The notes: a model not told the origin generated them from the letters alone. A DNA stretch of 64,000 nucleotides from an uncultured Candidatus Saccharibacteria bacterium (GCA_964474435.1 CAYYSI010000002.1:163604-227603); one strand, 5' to 3'; counted from the first letter of the stretch, positions 9,051 through 18,029 are shown. Numbers and translations are program-made.

Positions 9051-9944
9051 ATGAACACTATGAAAAAAACAATCCTCAACAACATCAAACTCATCGCCTT
9101 CGGTATCGTCTTTGCGGTTGGTGCAAGTTATGCGTATGCAAGTATTGGTTCACCAAGTATGCCAGCAAGCTTTTCTGCATCAAACAATACCGAGATCCCA
9201 GTCAATATCGGAAATATCCGCCAAGACAAGGGGGGTGCAACTGGAGGAGCGCTCGGGGGCCTCTCGGTGAACAACTTGCTCGCATATCAGACATCGCTTT
9301 TGCAAAAGAAAGCCTATTTCAAGGGTACTGTGCATGGAGGACATCTCGGAGACCTAACATCAATCGTATCCTTTGGAGTCAACTACGTAACTCCTGCTGA
9401 CGACTATCGCGTTGGTATCACGACGACAGGGAGCCTCAATGTAACCAAGGCACTCCAACACCTTCGCTCAAGCAACCTTGTAAACCCGACCATGAAGCAA
9501 GTCTGTGCGACAAGTGATGGTACGCTCACACTGACATGTCCGCCACTTCAGCCGCAATGTCCAGTGAATACTCAGCCAGACGGTGATGGGGGATGTGTCC
9601 CGATCCCGTGTGTTGCCAATGTTAGTTTTAATAAGGGAGGTATTCGATGGGGCTCAGTATCATTTGCAGGGGTAGGAGGAAATACTACCCATCCTGAACT
9701 ATTAATTACTGTTACATTAGTTGGTACGGCCGTACCTTCAGTGACTTCTGGTGGTGAGCGCGATGTCGCATTTATCATTCCTGCAAATGCAACGAATATA
9801 AGCTATAAACCATTGAACCCTTCAGCTAACTGCAATGTCGGTATTGGCTGTGAGATCGAAGGTACATATGGATTTGATCATGGCTATACGAGCTCAGTAA
9901 ATCCGCCACTCCTTCCAGGTGGACGTATCTGTACTGAGGGATAA
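9051..9944 (+). CDS. Secreted Cys-containing hypothetical protein, paralog 2.
   Basis: 297 aa. Signal MKKTILNNIKLIAFGIVFAVGASYAYA is nearly identical to that of the 9953 gene. The C-terminal Cys motif is shared with the 8223 gene. Confidence 0.5.
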   Translation: MNTMKKTILNNIKLIAFGIVFAVGASYAYASIGSPSMPASFSASNNTEIPVNIGNIRQDKGGATGGALGGLSVNNLLAYQTSLLQKKAYFKGTVHGGHLGDLTSIVSFGVNYVTPADDYRVGITTTGSLNVTKALQHLRSSNLVNPTMKQVCATSDGTLTLTCPPLQPQCPVNTQPDGDGGCVPIPCVANVSFNKGGIRWGSVSFAGVGGNTTHPELLITVTLVGTAVPSVTSGGERDVAFIIPANATNISYKPLNPSANCNVGIGCEIEGTYGFDHGYTSSVNPPLLPGGRICTEG

Positions 9945-9952
9945 TATATATA

Positions 9953-10387
9953 ATGAAAACCACTATGAAAAAAACAATCCTCACCAACATCAAACTCATC
10001 GCCTTTGGCATCGTCTTTGCGATTGGGGCAAGTTATGCGTATGGAGCATTCTCTCTCCCAACTGGGGGTGCACCAGGTGCCAACATTGCCATTCCACTTC
10101 ATACCGGTATGAGTCAAAATAGAGCCGGAGCACTCTCTACGGGTACCTTTGTTTCTGAGTCCACCGCAGCCTTTGACCAGAACATCTTTGTCGAAGAGCA
10201 AACTATCTATGGAGGCACACTTGGGGATACCGTATCGACGATCCAGTTTGGTGATACTGACACCGTGTATGTCCAAAGTAATGGAAGTATCAAGGTCAAG
10301 GACTTCATTCGTGCCCAAGACCTTGCCACAGGAGCCATACATCCAGTCTGTGCCGACAATCAAGGCAACATCGTCTTTTGTCCATAA
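9953..10387 (+). CDS. Secreted hypothetical protein, paralog 3 (N-terminal domain only).
   Basis: 144 aa. Signal MKKTILTNIKLIAFGIVFAIGASYAYG. The YGGTLGD region resembles paralogs 1 and 2. It ends ...VCADNQGNIVFCP. Confidence 0.45.
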   Translation: MKTTMKKTILTNIKLIAFGIVFAIGASYAYGAFSLPTGGAPGANIAIPLHTGMSQNRAGALSTGTFVSESTAAFDQNIFVEEQTIYGGTLGDTVSTIQFGDTDTVYVQSNGSIKVKDFIRAQDLATGAIHPVCADNQGNIVFCP

Positions 10388-10451
10388 TAATAGTCTCTCG
10401 TGAAAACACTGCCTGATCCGCAGTGTTTTTTTCATTTCAGAGTGAGTTTTT

Positions 10452-11228
10452 GTGCGTGCTATACTAGATCCAATGAAACTATTGATCGGCAACTGGAAAA
10501 TGGCGCCTGACACCGCAGTACAGGCAGCATCTCTTGCAAAGGCAACTGCAACTATCGCTCGAACATACAAGAAATCTCTCTCTGTCATTGTTGCCGTGCC
10601 ATCTATTCATTTGGCAGCAGTAACAAAGGCTGCAAAAAATCTGCCCCTAGCTGGACAAACGATTGCACCGACAATGGCAGTTGCTTCTACAGGACTCGTC
10701 AGTGCGAGCATGCTCAAGGGTGCAAAGGCAGGGTACTGTATCGTGGGTCACTCAGAGAGTCGCGCACGAGGGGAGACCAATGAGATCGTGCGCGAACAGA
10801 TCGACTGTTTGTTTGAGAAAAAGATCATACCCATCCTCTGTGTTGGAGAAAAGGAGCGTGATGCCCAAGGATGGTATCTCAGCGTGATCAAAGACCAACT
10901 CGAGAGTGCCTTTGCCGACGTACCCAAGGCAACACTCAAGCGTGTCGTTGTCGCCTACGAGCCAGTCTGGGCGATCGGTGCACAGGCAACACGTGAGGCA
11001 ACACCTGCAGAGTGTCAGGAAATGATTATTTTTATACGCAAGATCATCGCAGATCTGTATGACGAAAAAGTCGCCGCAAGTATCAAGGTGCTCTACGGAG
11101 GATCGGTGAGCGAAACAAATGCATACTCATTTGTGACTGACGGTGGAGCAGACGGGCTGCTTGTGGGACGCGTCAGTCTCGAGCCGAAGCGCTTTGCAAA
11201 GCTCGCGCAGAGTATTTCAACAAAATAA
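10452..11228 (+). CDS. tpiA: Triosephosphate isomerase.
   Basis: Motifs IGNWKM, HSESR and AYEPVWAIGAQATREATP are classic TIM signatures. An alternative start at MKLL (10473) is possible. Confidence 0.85.
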   Translation: MRAILDPMKLLIGNWKMAPDTAVQAASLAKATATIARTYKKSLSVIVAVPSIHLAAVTKAAKNLPLAGQTIAPTMAVASTGLVSASMLKGAKAGYCIVGHSESRARGETNEIVREQIDCLFEKKIIPILCVGEKERDAQGWYLSVIKDQLESAFADVPKATLKRVVVAYEPVWAIGAQATREATPAECQEMIIFIRKIIADLYDEKVAASIKVLYGGSVSETNAYSFVTDGGADGLLVGRVSLEPKRFAKLAQSISTK

Positions 11229-11229
11229 T

Positions 11230-12357
11230 ATGCAATCAGTCTCCAAACTCCCATCACTCAAAGGTTCCTCTGTCATCGTTCGCGTTGACTTCAATGTCCC
11301 TCTCAAGGGAACAAAGATTGTTGATACTCGCCGCATCGATGCAAGCTATCAGACCATTGAAACTATTTTGAAAAAAGGCGGCACACCGATACTGCTCGCA
11401 CACCTCGGCAAGGGTGAAGAAAGTCTACGACCAATCGCAACATATCTCTCGAAATCATTTCCGGTTGTCTTTATAACCGCAGACATCACTGATAAAGGAA
11501 CGCATGACATCATTGCGCAAGTCCCAAAGGGGACAGTCATCCTCCTTGAAAATATCCGCCGCTATGAAGGTGAAGAAAAGAATGCCGTTGCCTTTGGAAA
11601 GACACTGGCTTCATATGGTCAGTATTTTGTAAACGACGCATTCTCCGTGTCGCACCGTGCACATGCGTCAGTGGTGGGTGTCGCGAAGTATCTGCCGTCG
11701 TACGCAGGCTACCAGCTAGAGCGAGAGGTCAAAGCACTCACGAGTGCAGTTGAGAACAAAAAGCATCCATTTCTTTTTATCCTTGGCGGTGCAAAATTTG
11801 AAACCAAGATTCCACTCTTGAAACAGTTTAATGAAAAGGCTGACAAGATCGTCATTGCAGGAGCTATTTTAAACAATTTTTATAAAGTCGCAGGGTTTGA
11901 AATAGGTAAGTCAGTCGTCGAAGACGGCTTTGATGCACCGATCAAAAAACTCCTTGCGAGTGAAAAGCTCCTTCTTCCGATCGATGTCATCGTGACACGG
12001 GGCACAAAGAAACTCACGGTGACTCCAGTTGAGATAGAAAAGACGGACGTCATTGTTGACATTGGACCCGAGAGTGTGGCACTTATCGTAAAGGAAATCC
12101 AGAAGGCAAAGCTCGTCGTCTGGAACGGCCCAACTGGCTGGTATGAAAAAGGCTTTACGAAAGGCACAACCGGTCTTGCCGAGGCAATTACCGAGAGCAG
12201 AACAGCCGCAATCATTGGCGGGGGAGACACAGGTGCAGTGATCGAGAAACTTGTCGGCAATGATCAAAGCAAGCGGATCTTTGTCTCAACGGGCGGAGGA
12301 GCAACACTTGATTTCCTTGCAAAGGGGACATTGCCGGGGATCAAGGCGCTCAAGTGA
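11230..12357 (+). CDS. pgk: Phosphoglycerate kinase.
   Basis: The start was re-chosen at MQSVSKLPSLKGSSVIVRVDFNVPL, 2 nt after the tpiA stop, within ORF 11143-12357. Motifs LLENIRRYEGEEKN, GGGDTGA and the overall layout match PGK. Confidence 0.9.
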   Translation: MQSVSKLPSLKGSSVIVRVDFNVPLKGTKIVDTRRIDASYQTIETILKKGGTPILLAHLGKGEESLRPIATYLSKSFPVVFITADITDKGTHDIIAQVPKGTVILLENIRRYEGEEKNAVAFGKTLASYGQYFVNDAFSVSHRAHASVVGVAKYLPSYAGYQLEREVKALTSAVENKKHPFLFILGGAKFETKIPLLKQFNEKADKIVIAGAILNNFYKVAGFEIGKSVVEDGFDAPIKKLLASEKLLLPIDVIVTRGTKKLTVTPVEIEKTDVIVDIGPESVALIVKEIQKAKLVVWNGPTGWYEKGFTKGTTGLAEAITESRTAAIIGGGDTGAVIEKLVGNDQSKRIFVSTGGGATLDFLAKGTLPGIKALK

Positions 12358-12385
12358 TTGACAAGGTCGGAAGGCATGCTATATT
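12357..12385 (+). promoter_or_regulatory. Sigma70-like promoter (TTGACA-16-TATATT) immediately after the pgk stop, driving small-RNA-like unit A.
   Basis: ttgacaaggtcggaaggcatgctatatt, read directly from the sequence. Confidence 0.4.
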
Positions 12386-12391
12386 CAAACT

Positions 12392-12461
12392 AGTTTTCAT
12401 AGGGTACGGATTAAAAACAATGGGCTGGATTTCTATCCTGGCCCATTTTCTTTTGCCTTGC
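12392..12461 (+). ncRNA. Candidate small RNA, unit A (~65 nt), ending in an intrinsic terminator hairpin with loop AUUUCUAU.
   Basis: Sequence AACUAGUUUUCAUAGGGUACGGAUUAAAAACAAUGGGCUGGAUUUCUAUCCUGGCCCAUUUUCUUUU. The stem GGGCUGG / CCUGGCCC is followed by a U-tract. A homologous copy lies at 12646-12706. Confidence 0.35.
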
Positions 12462-12610
12462 TATTTTGTATGAGAGGTATAGACTTAAAGAAATCTAACC
12501 CTGTAAAAATGTCTTGAATGATACAGAGGAGAAAAACCACATATATCACCCAATCCAATCTCCTATAAATCTTCCAAAAAGCCCGGCATATCCCCGGGCT
12601 TTTCTAGTAC

Positions 12611-12639
12611 TTGCGCATTTTTGAGAGCTGTGCTATAGT
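12611..12639 (+). promoter_or_regulatory. Sigma70-like promoter (TTGCGC-17-TATAGT) driving small-RNA-like unit B.
   Basis: ttgcgcatttttgagagctgtgctatagt. A separate GC hairpin plus T-tract (gcccggcatatccccgggcttttct) lies just upstream at ~12580-12606. Confidence 0.35.
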
Positions 12640-12645
12640 AAAGGC

Positions 12646-12706
12646 TGGTTTTTCATAGGATATTGGATTTTAATACGGGACTTGATTTCTATCAGGTCCC
12701 CTTTTT
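12646..12706 (+). ncRNA. Candidate small RNA, unit B (paralog of unit A), ending in a terminator hairpin with the identical loop AUUUCUAU.
   Basis: Sequence GGCUGGUUUUUCAUAGGAUAUUGGAUUUUAAUACGGGACUUGAUUUCUAUCAGGUCCCCUUUUUC. The 5' part is shared with unit A (GGUUUUCAUAGG..GGAUU..AA.AC). The stem is GGGACUUG / CAGGUCCC, with compensatory changes relative to A. Confidence 0.35.
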
Positions 12707-12790
12707 CAAAAACTATGAAAACATATAATTAAATATTGAAAATCAAAATATTGGTATCTTAAGGGGGTTACAGAATCGGGAGATTCTTAA

Positions 12791-12826
12791 TAGGCCGGTG
12801 ATGTTTATCACTGGCCATTTTTATTT
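12791..12826 (+). terminator. Intrinsic terminator hairpin (ggccggtgat-gttt-atcactggcc) followed by ATTTTTATTT.
   Basis: 10-bp stem with one G-U wobble, followed by a T-tract. It abuts the HIT gene stop at 12821, which sits on the opposite strand. Confidence 0.4.
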
Positions 12827-13222
12827 CCCCAATCCACTCCGTATCTTTTCTGCAAACGCTGCCATTTCCCCATCTTTGTATTGAAATATAGGCCAGCCGT
12901 GCAGGTGATCATTGAGTGTTCGTGGCATGAGGTGAATATGAAAATGAGGCACGTCTTTGCCGAGTACTGATATTTGCACATAATCACACCCTAATCCTTT
13001 GATCATTCCCATCATCAACATCTTTGTTTTTGTAAACAAGTAACTCAGAAGCTCATCGGGGACATCTTGCATCCATATATAGTGTTCTTTTGGAATGACA
13101 AGTACATGTCCGTTTGATACAGGATTGATATCCATAAATGCCAAACATCGATCATCCTCATAAACCTTGGTCGCAGGGATTTCTCCTCTAATAATTTTCC
13201 CAAATACCGTGTCATTTTGCAT
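12821..13222 (-). CDS. HIT (histidine triad) family nucleotide hydrolase.
   Basis: 133 aa. The HIT motif HFHIHLMP and N-terminal FGKIIRGEIPA are typical HinT-like features. Confidence 0.8.
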   Translation of the reverse strand: MQNDTVFGKIIRGEIPATKVYEDDRCLAFMDINPVSNGHVLVIPKEHYIWMQDVPDELLSYLFTKTKMLMMGMIKGLGCDYVQISVLGKDVPHFHIHLMPRTLNDHLHGWPIFQYKDGEMAAFAEKIRSGLGK

Positions 13223-13277
13223 ATTCCAAGTATAGCAAAAGGCACCTCGTATGGTGCCTTTTGATTTTGAAACTTAT

Positions 13278-13940
13278 TTAGATCTTGTGGATCGTCTTTA
13301 CGAGATCCTGGAGCGGCATTGTTGCGCCAGAGCCAGTGATGTTGAGTTTGAGGAAGGTGTTCGTTGAGAGAGGGATGATATACGTCAACCATCGCTTCGT
13401 GCCTGCATATACTGGGAGCTTGTCCGCAGTATAGGTTGCGATGCGTGCTGGAGCAGGAGTTGAGAGCTGGTTTGGATCCTTTGTTTCTGAATTATTTACC
13501 TCGAGCCATCGCTGAGTACTCTTTTCATAATAGTAGGTGACGCTGCCAAACTTTGAGTCAGTGTCAGATATCTTGTCACCGAGGACGTACTCGATCGTCA
13601 TACTATCACCCTTGCCTTCGCCTGCAGTGTCAGAAAGGACGATTTTGTTGGAGAGCTGTGCATTGCTTACTGTCCAGTCAGCGCCCTTTGTAAAGGCGAT
13701 GTGCCAGTCAGCATTACTGAGTTCGTTAGCGTTCTTTACTTCTACAACAGTTTTGTTTGGAGACTCAGGGTTTGCAACTGGTTTTGTTGCTGGTCGAGTA
13801 CCTGGCTTAGCGGTAGTGGTTTCTGTCGGAGTCGGAGGGGTAACGACAGGGTCCACCATAGGTGCCTTTTTGTGAGTAGCTAGTAATGCAACGATTATAA
13901 TAATAACGACGATACCTGCGATCCACATTTTTTTATTCAT
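13278..13940 (-). CDS. Membrane-anchored hypothetical protein with a Pro/Thr-rich linker.
   Basis: 220 aa. N-terminal TM helix (IAGIVVIIIIVALLA), then PVVTPPTPTETTTAKPGTRPATKP, then a beta-rich domain. Confidence 0.45.
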   Translation of the reverse strand: MNKKMWIAGIVVIIIIVALLATHKKAPMVDPVVTPPTPTETTTAKPGTRPATKPVANPESPNKTVVEVKNANELSNADWHIAFTKGADWTVSNAQLSNKIVLSDTAGEGKGDSMTIEYVLGDKISDTDSKFGSVTYYYEKSTQRWLEVNNSETKDPNQLSTPAPARIATYTADKLPVYAGTKRWLTYIIPLSTNTFLKLNITGSGATMPLQDLVKTIHKI

Positions 13941-14040
13941 ATATGTATATGGTATACCTCCTGCACGATTTGTCGATAGGGGAAGCTTATGTGATTGACA
14001 ATCTTATCTTTAAGTATTAAGGTTAGCAAAATTTAAAGCA

Positions 14041-14370
14041 ATGGACACTATACAAAAAGTTATGGAGTTTATTAACTCCAAGTATGTTTTTAATGAAGAA
14101 AACTACCCTAATATGAAAGGAATGGATGCGGCGCAGCAGGCAATGTTTGTCTTAAATCATAGCGTGCTGCATATGCAAAAATCTATTGGTAAAATAGCAG
14201 AAGTTTGCGAAAACTACGATCATTCGGGGAAAATAAATGAAACTGATGGAGCAAAGGTTGAAGAAGCAACCGTAAAAATGCTTATAAACACTTTAAAGCT
14301 TGCCCATGAGCTTGGATTAAATGGTGAAGGACTTGCAGAAAGAGTTCCAAAATTTATGAAGAGTAAATAA
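14041..14370 (+). CDS. Hypothetical all-alpha protein, possibly a MazG-like NTP pyrophosphohydrolase.
   Basis: 109 aa. Acidic helices (KVEEATVKMLINTLKLAHELGL) give a weak resemblance to small MazG/YpjD-type proteins. A strong terminator follows. Confidence 0.35.
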   Translation: MDTIQKVMEFINSKYVFNEENYPNMKGMDAAQQAMFVLNHSVLHMQKSIGKIAEVCENYDHSGKINETDGAKVEEATVKMLINTLKLAHELGLNGEGLAERVPKFMKSK

Positions 14371-14391
14371 GTTTAAACACAGTATTTTTTG

Positions 14392-14425
14392 AAGCTGTCC
14401 CAAGGTGGACAGCTTTTTCTTTTAT
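14392..14425 (+). terminator. Intrinsic terminator.
   Basis: agctgtcc-caaggt-ggacagct followed by TTTTTCTTTT. Confidence 0.6.
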
Positions 14426-14444
14426 TCACTATTATTAGATTCCA

Positions 14445-16127
14445 ATGCACCCTCTCGTGTTACAATCATCCTCTATGAACCCCACTCTGCCGACACCTGC
14501 TGAGCTTGAAATCCTCCTCGCAAAGCGTTTGAGGCTCTCGCCTGACGAGCATCAAGCGTTTATTGCGCCCACGTACAAACTCGGAGACCTCTTTGCATTT
14601 ACTGACATGCAGATCGCAGTTGCGCGATTCTACAAGGCTGTGACAGGTGGGGAACACATCGGGATTTATTCAGACTATGACTGTGATGGCATTCCGGGCG
14701 CAGTGGTGTTCATCGATCTGTTCAAGAAACTTGGCATCATGGATCGCGTGCATGTGTACATTCCCGATCGGCATGACGAAGGCTACGGGGTAAGCAAAAT
14801 TGGGATCGATGAACTCGAAAAGCAGGGCGTGACACTTATGCTCACAGTCGATGTTGGGATCACCGCGATTGCAGAAATAGCTGACGCACAGTCACGCGGT
14901 ATCGATGTCATCCTCACCGATCATCACGCACCACTTCCAGAATTCCCAGCTGCATTTGCAGTTGTGCATCCCGCAAAAGGGAACTATGTAAACCAAGATC
15001 CGTGTGGTGCTGCAATGGCCTTTTATGTGGTGTGTGCATTCCTCGAAAAATATCGCGCAGAGTTCGACATACCAGAGGGCTGGGAGAAATGGCTACTCGA
15101 TCTCGTCGGGTTTGCGACTCTTGCCGACATGGTGCCACTGGTCGGAGAGAATCGCATGCTTGTTGCGTATGGACTCCATGTCGTGCGCAAGACTCGCCGC
15201 ATTGGGCTCAAGATGTTGCTTGAGAAAAATGGCATCGCGCTCCCAAATCTGATCGAAACAGACCTCACATTCACTGTCGCACCCCGACTGAACGCCGCGT
15301 CACGCATGGACACACCCATGCTTGCATTTGAGCTCCTCTCAACTGACGACCCAGAGCGTGCTAAAGAGATCGTATCTATCCTCGACTCCATCAACAACGA
15401 TCGCAAGGTACTCGTTGCTCGCATTGTCAAAGCCGCGCACGCAAGCCTCGAACAACGATCAGTTGCAAATGATCTCTCACCGATCGTAGTTATCGGCAAC
15501 CCGGAATGGCGACCCGCAGTCCTCGGTCTTGTGGCAAACAAACTCCAGGAAAAATACAACCGAAGCTTCTTTGTCTGGGGCGAGGCAGGGGACGGCACGA
15601 TCAAGGGTTCATGTCGCATGATCGATGAACACCATGCAGCGCTCCTATTCCAAGCATTGCCCGAAGGCATGGTGCTCCATGCAGGCGGACACCAAGCAGC
15701 GGGTGGATTCTCTGTCTCCAAAGACAACATTCACTTCCTCGAAGAAGCATTGAATGCTGCGATCGCAAGTGTCGACCATACTGGTGCTGACAAAGATACG
15801 CTGGATGTGATCGCGCTCCCGCTCGTGAGCTCGACGACGCGCCATCTCTCTGTGGTGCGCAAGTTTGCACCCTTTGGTGTAGGCAACACCGAGCCACACT
15901 TTATGTTTGAAGGGCTCCTCATCATGTCAGTAAAAATGTTTGGGAAACAAAAGGAGCACATCGAAGTCATGATTCGTGACTCGACTGCAAGTGCGACTGC
16001 ATTTACATTCTTTGCAGACGAGAAACTCATCTCGCAACTCACCGAAGGCAATACTGTGACAATCATTGGCACCATTGAAGCGGGCTGGAGGGGAGGAGTA
16101 CGGATCAGGATACAGGAGGTGAAATAA
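14445..16127 (+). CDS. recJ: Single-stranded-DNA-specific exonuclease RecJ (DHH/DHHA1).
   Basis: 560 aa. Motifs DYDCDGIPGAVV, TDHHAP and the DHHA1 region GGHQAAGG. Confidence 0.85.
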   Translation: MHPLVLQSSSMNPTLPTPAELEILLAKRLRLSPDEHQAFIAPTYKLGDLFAFTDMQIAVARFYKAVTGGEHIGIYSDYDCDGIPGAVVFIDLFKKLGIMDRVHVYIPDRHDEGYGVSKIGIDELEKQGVTLMLTVDVGITAIAEIADAQSRGIDVILTDHHAPLPEFPAAFAVVHPAKGNYVNQDPCGAAMAFYVVCAFLEKYRAEFDIPEGWEKWLLDLVGFATLADMVPLVGENRMLVAYGLHVVRKTRRIGLKMLLEKNGIALPNLIETDLTFTVAPRLNAASRMDTPMLAFELLSTDDPERAKEIVSILDSINNDRKVLVARIVKAAHASLEQRSVANDLSPIVVIGNPEWRPAVLGLVANKLQEKYNRSFFVWGEAGDGTIKGSCRMIDEHHAALLFQALPEGMVLHAGGHQAAGGFSVSKDNIHFLEEALNAAIASVDHTGADKDTLDVIALPLVSSTTRHLSVVRKFAPFGVGNTEPHFMFEGLLIMSVKMFGKQKEHIEVMIRDSTASATAFTFFADEKLISQLTEGNTVTIIGTIEAGWRGGVRIRIQEVK

Positions 16128-16158
16128 AAATACTGCCAGGATTTGGCAGTATTTAATG
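16128..16158. terminator. Bidirectional intrinsic terminator between recJ (+) and the 16163-16405 (-) ORF.
   Basis: aaaaa-tactgcca-ggatt-tggcagta-ttta. Perfect 8-bp stem with A/T tracts on both sides. Confidence 0.5.
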
Positions 16159-16162
16159 AAAG

Positions 16163-16405
16163 CTACTTTTTTAACAGAAATTTTCTCAAACCGTTTTTTA
16201 GGTTATCAATTCTTTCAGGAAGGATAGTTACTGTAAATTCAGTACGTCCCCGGCTCGTTTTGATAGAAGAATGTTCAATTGTCCCATTTGTGTTTAAGAA
16301 AATGAAAGTTTTAAACTCCTCACTTTCAAAAATTTTCTTTGGGAAGTTTTGTACAAAGTAATCTTCAGCAGTTTTTGTCACTTGAATATCTAATATGCGT
16401 GCCAT
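16163..16405 (-). CDS. Hypothetical small protein.
   Basis: 80-aa ORF lying in an AT-rich stretch. No motif recognised. Confidence 0.3.
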   Translation of the reverse strand: MARILDIQVTKTAEDYFVQNFPKKIFESEEFKTFIFLNTNGTIEHSSIKTSRGRTEFTVTILPERIDNLKNGLRKFLLKK

Positions 16406-16545
16406 ATGTAATGTGCGTTTAGTTATTACACACGGTATATGGATTGCTTCGTACTGTCAAATGATTAACTAATGCCATTGACATCTCAGTACTTTATAGT
16501 AGTATTTGTGGAAACAATTTTTAACCTGTTCTAAAACAAACAAAT

Positions 16546-17811
16546 ATGAAAAGAAGAGAAATACCGAAACTTTGCTTCAAAGAGCTCTTGGTATTAGCCA
16601 GAGAACTCATTTTTGTAGAAAAAACACATCTTCCTCAACGTATTACGATGAGAGAATTTTCTCGGAGCATTCAGGTTGAATTCATTAAGAGATTCCGTTG
16701 CTATAAGCAAAATCTTCGTGATGAACTTCATGGCGAATTATCAATTATGATTGCTGATATGAATGGGATCATTCTAGACAAAATAGAGATGCCCAAACGA
16801 GAGATAATCAAGATACCTCTTTCGGATGATATATATAAAAACCTTCCGGATATTGAATTTCTTGAGTTACTAAAATCAGCACTCCATGCTGATGATGGGG
16901 TGTATAGTTCATTTGGTTTTACACCAAAACTTTCGCTTCATCGGGAAACTACCGATAGGTTACAAATGGGTCTCAACTGCTTCGGTATCGCAAGTCTTAT
17001 TGGATCATATTGCACATGGAAAGGAATTTCTGTTGAACTTGGTATTACACCAGATCATCCGTACGCGGTCGTTTCCTTGAAAGAAGGAGTATATCTTGTT
17101 GACCATTTCAATCTCATAAAGTTAGACGGTGAAATCAAACGATATAAGGATTACGGGGTGTATTATCCTACAGAGAAAGAAGAAGGGAAAATCCTCGCTA
17201 TGATCATGGTAGTTCCGTTTGATGATGGCTTGGTCTATGAAATACTTGAGAATACAGAAATGCTTAGATGTGTACTCAATGGTACTCAAAAGGATATGTT
17301 ACCTGGTACAGAATGTAAAGGTAAAATTATTGCAAAGGAAAATGAAACGATTCTCAATCGTTGCAACTGGAAACAATTACAGATGTTGCTATTTCCTGAA
17401 ATTACGGCTGCATTTGCTAAGCATCAGCTTGGATGGCAGCTCAATGTATCTATGATCTATCAACAGCGATATGAATGGTATGCTCAGAAAATTTTTGAAT
17501 ATGCTGCATTTCATGCACAAAAAGCAACACTATTTTCTAGTGAAAAGTTCGATGAAGCACATGAAGTATTGGTCGACGTATTTAAGGATCATTACGAAGA
17601 AATCATGTTGTATTTAGAACATGGAATGGAATTTAGTGAATTTGTACCATTAGATGTTTGTAACTATTTTTGCACTCTAAAAGTTGCAATAAATAAAAAA
17701 GAACAAGAGGATGGTACACTTGTTGCTGAGCATATTTATAAAATGATCAACACTAAGCTTGTTGACATGAATATCCAAAAGAAGTATAAGGAAACAAATC
17801 TCGTCACCTAA
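16546..17811 (+). CDS. Hypothetical protein with a transglutaminase-like (papain-fold Cys-His-Asp) core.
   Basis: 421 aa in an AT-rich region. GLNCFGIASLIGSYCTWKGISVELGITPDHPYAVVSLKEGVYLVDHFN matches the order G-x-C ... GI ... H ... D of transglutaminase-like cysteine peptidases. Confidence 0.45.
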   Translation: MKRREIPKLCFKELLVLARELIFVEKTHLPQRITMREFSRSIQVEFIKRFRCYKQNLRDELHGELSIMIADMNGIILDKIEMPKREIIKIPLSDDIYKNLPDIEFLELLKSALHADDGVYSSFGFTPKLSLHRETTDRLQMGLNCFGIASLIGSYCTWKGISVELGITPDHPYAVVSLKEGVYLVDHFNLIKLDGEIKRYKDYGVYYPTEKEEGKILAMIMVVPFDDGLVYEILENTEMLRCVLNGTQKDMLPGTECKGKIIAKENETILNRCNWKQLQMLLFPEITAAFAKHQLGWQLNVSMIYQQRYEWYAQKIFEYAAFHAQKATLFSSEKFDEAHEVLVDVFKDHYEEIMLYLEHGMEFSEFVPLDVCNYFCTLKVAINKKEQEDGTLVAEHIYKMINTKLVDMNIQKKYKETNLVT

Positions 17812-17822
17812 ATCATCAGGTT

Positions 17823-18029
17823 ATGTTTTTTATTAGTAAAAAGAAGTTTAAAGAAACAGTTAAAAACGCAGTAGATGAGCATCTGAAGAGTACGGGAAAG
17901 GAGGTGATAGTACAAAAGACAGTAGTACAACATCACCACCATTCAAATTCAGGTAGTAGTTCATCTGTTCGTCAGGATGGATCAAATATAAATGGTCCAT
18001 CAGAAGCTCTAAAGAAATCGTGGCTATAA
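17823..18029 (+). CDS. Small hypothetical protein with a His4 and Ser-rich stretch.
   Basis: 68-aa ORF containing HHHHSNSGSSSS. It could be non-coding. Confidence 0.2.
   Translation: MFFISKKKFKETVKNAVDEHLKSTGKEVIVQKTVVQHHHHSNSGSSSSVRQDGSNINGPSEALKKSWL

Noticed and set aside
9884-10588. 234-aa minus-strand ORF
   Set aside because: Completely overlaps the secreted paralog gene 9953-10387 and the tpiA start on the opposite strand. No motifs. Cys/Arg/Gly-rich composition typical of antisense frames.
12360-12830. Possible CRISPR array or tandem repeat downstream of pgk
   Set aside because: Only two to three hairpin units are present, with non-identical stems and no regular repeat-spacer periodicity. 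No cas genes. Interpreted instead as small-RNA-like units and terminators (see findings).
13045-13392. 115-aa minus-strand ORF bridging the HIT gene and the 13278 gene
   Set aside because: An out-of-frame overlap with two better-supported genes on the same strand. No domain.
15023-15730. 235-aa minus-strand ORF inside recJ
   Set aside because: Antisense to a well-supported RecJ coding region. Ser/Arg/Ala-rich low-complexity sequence.
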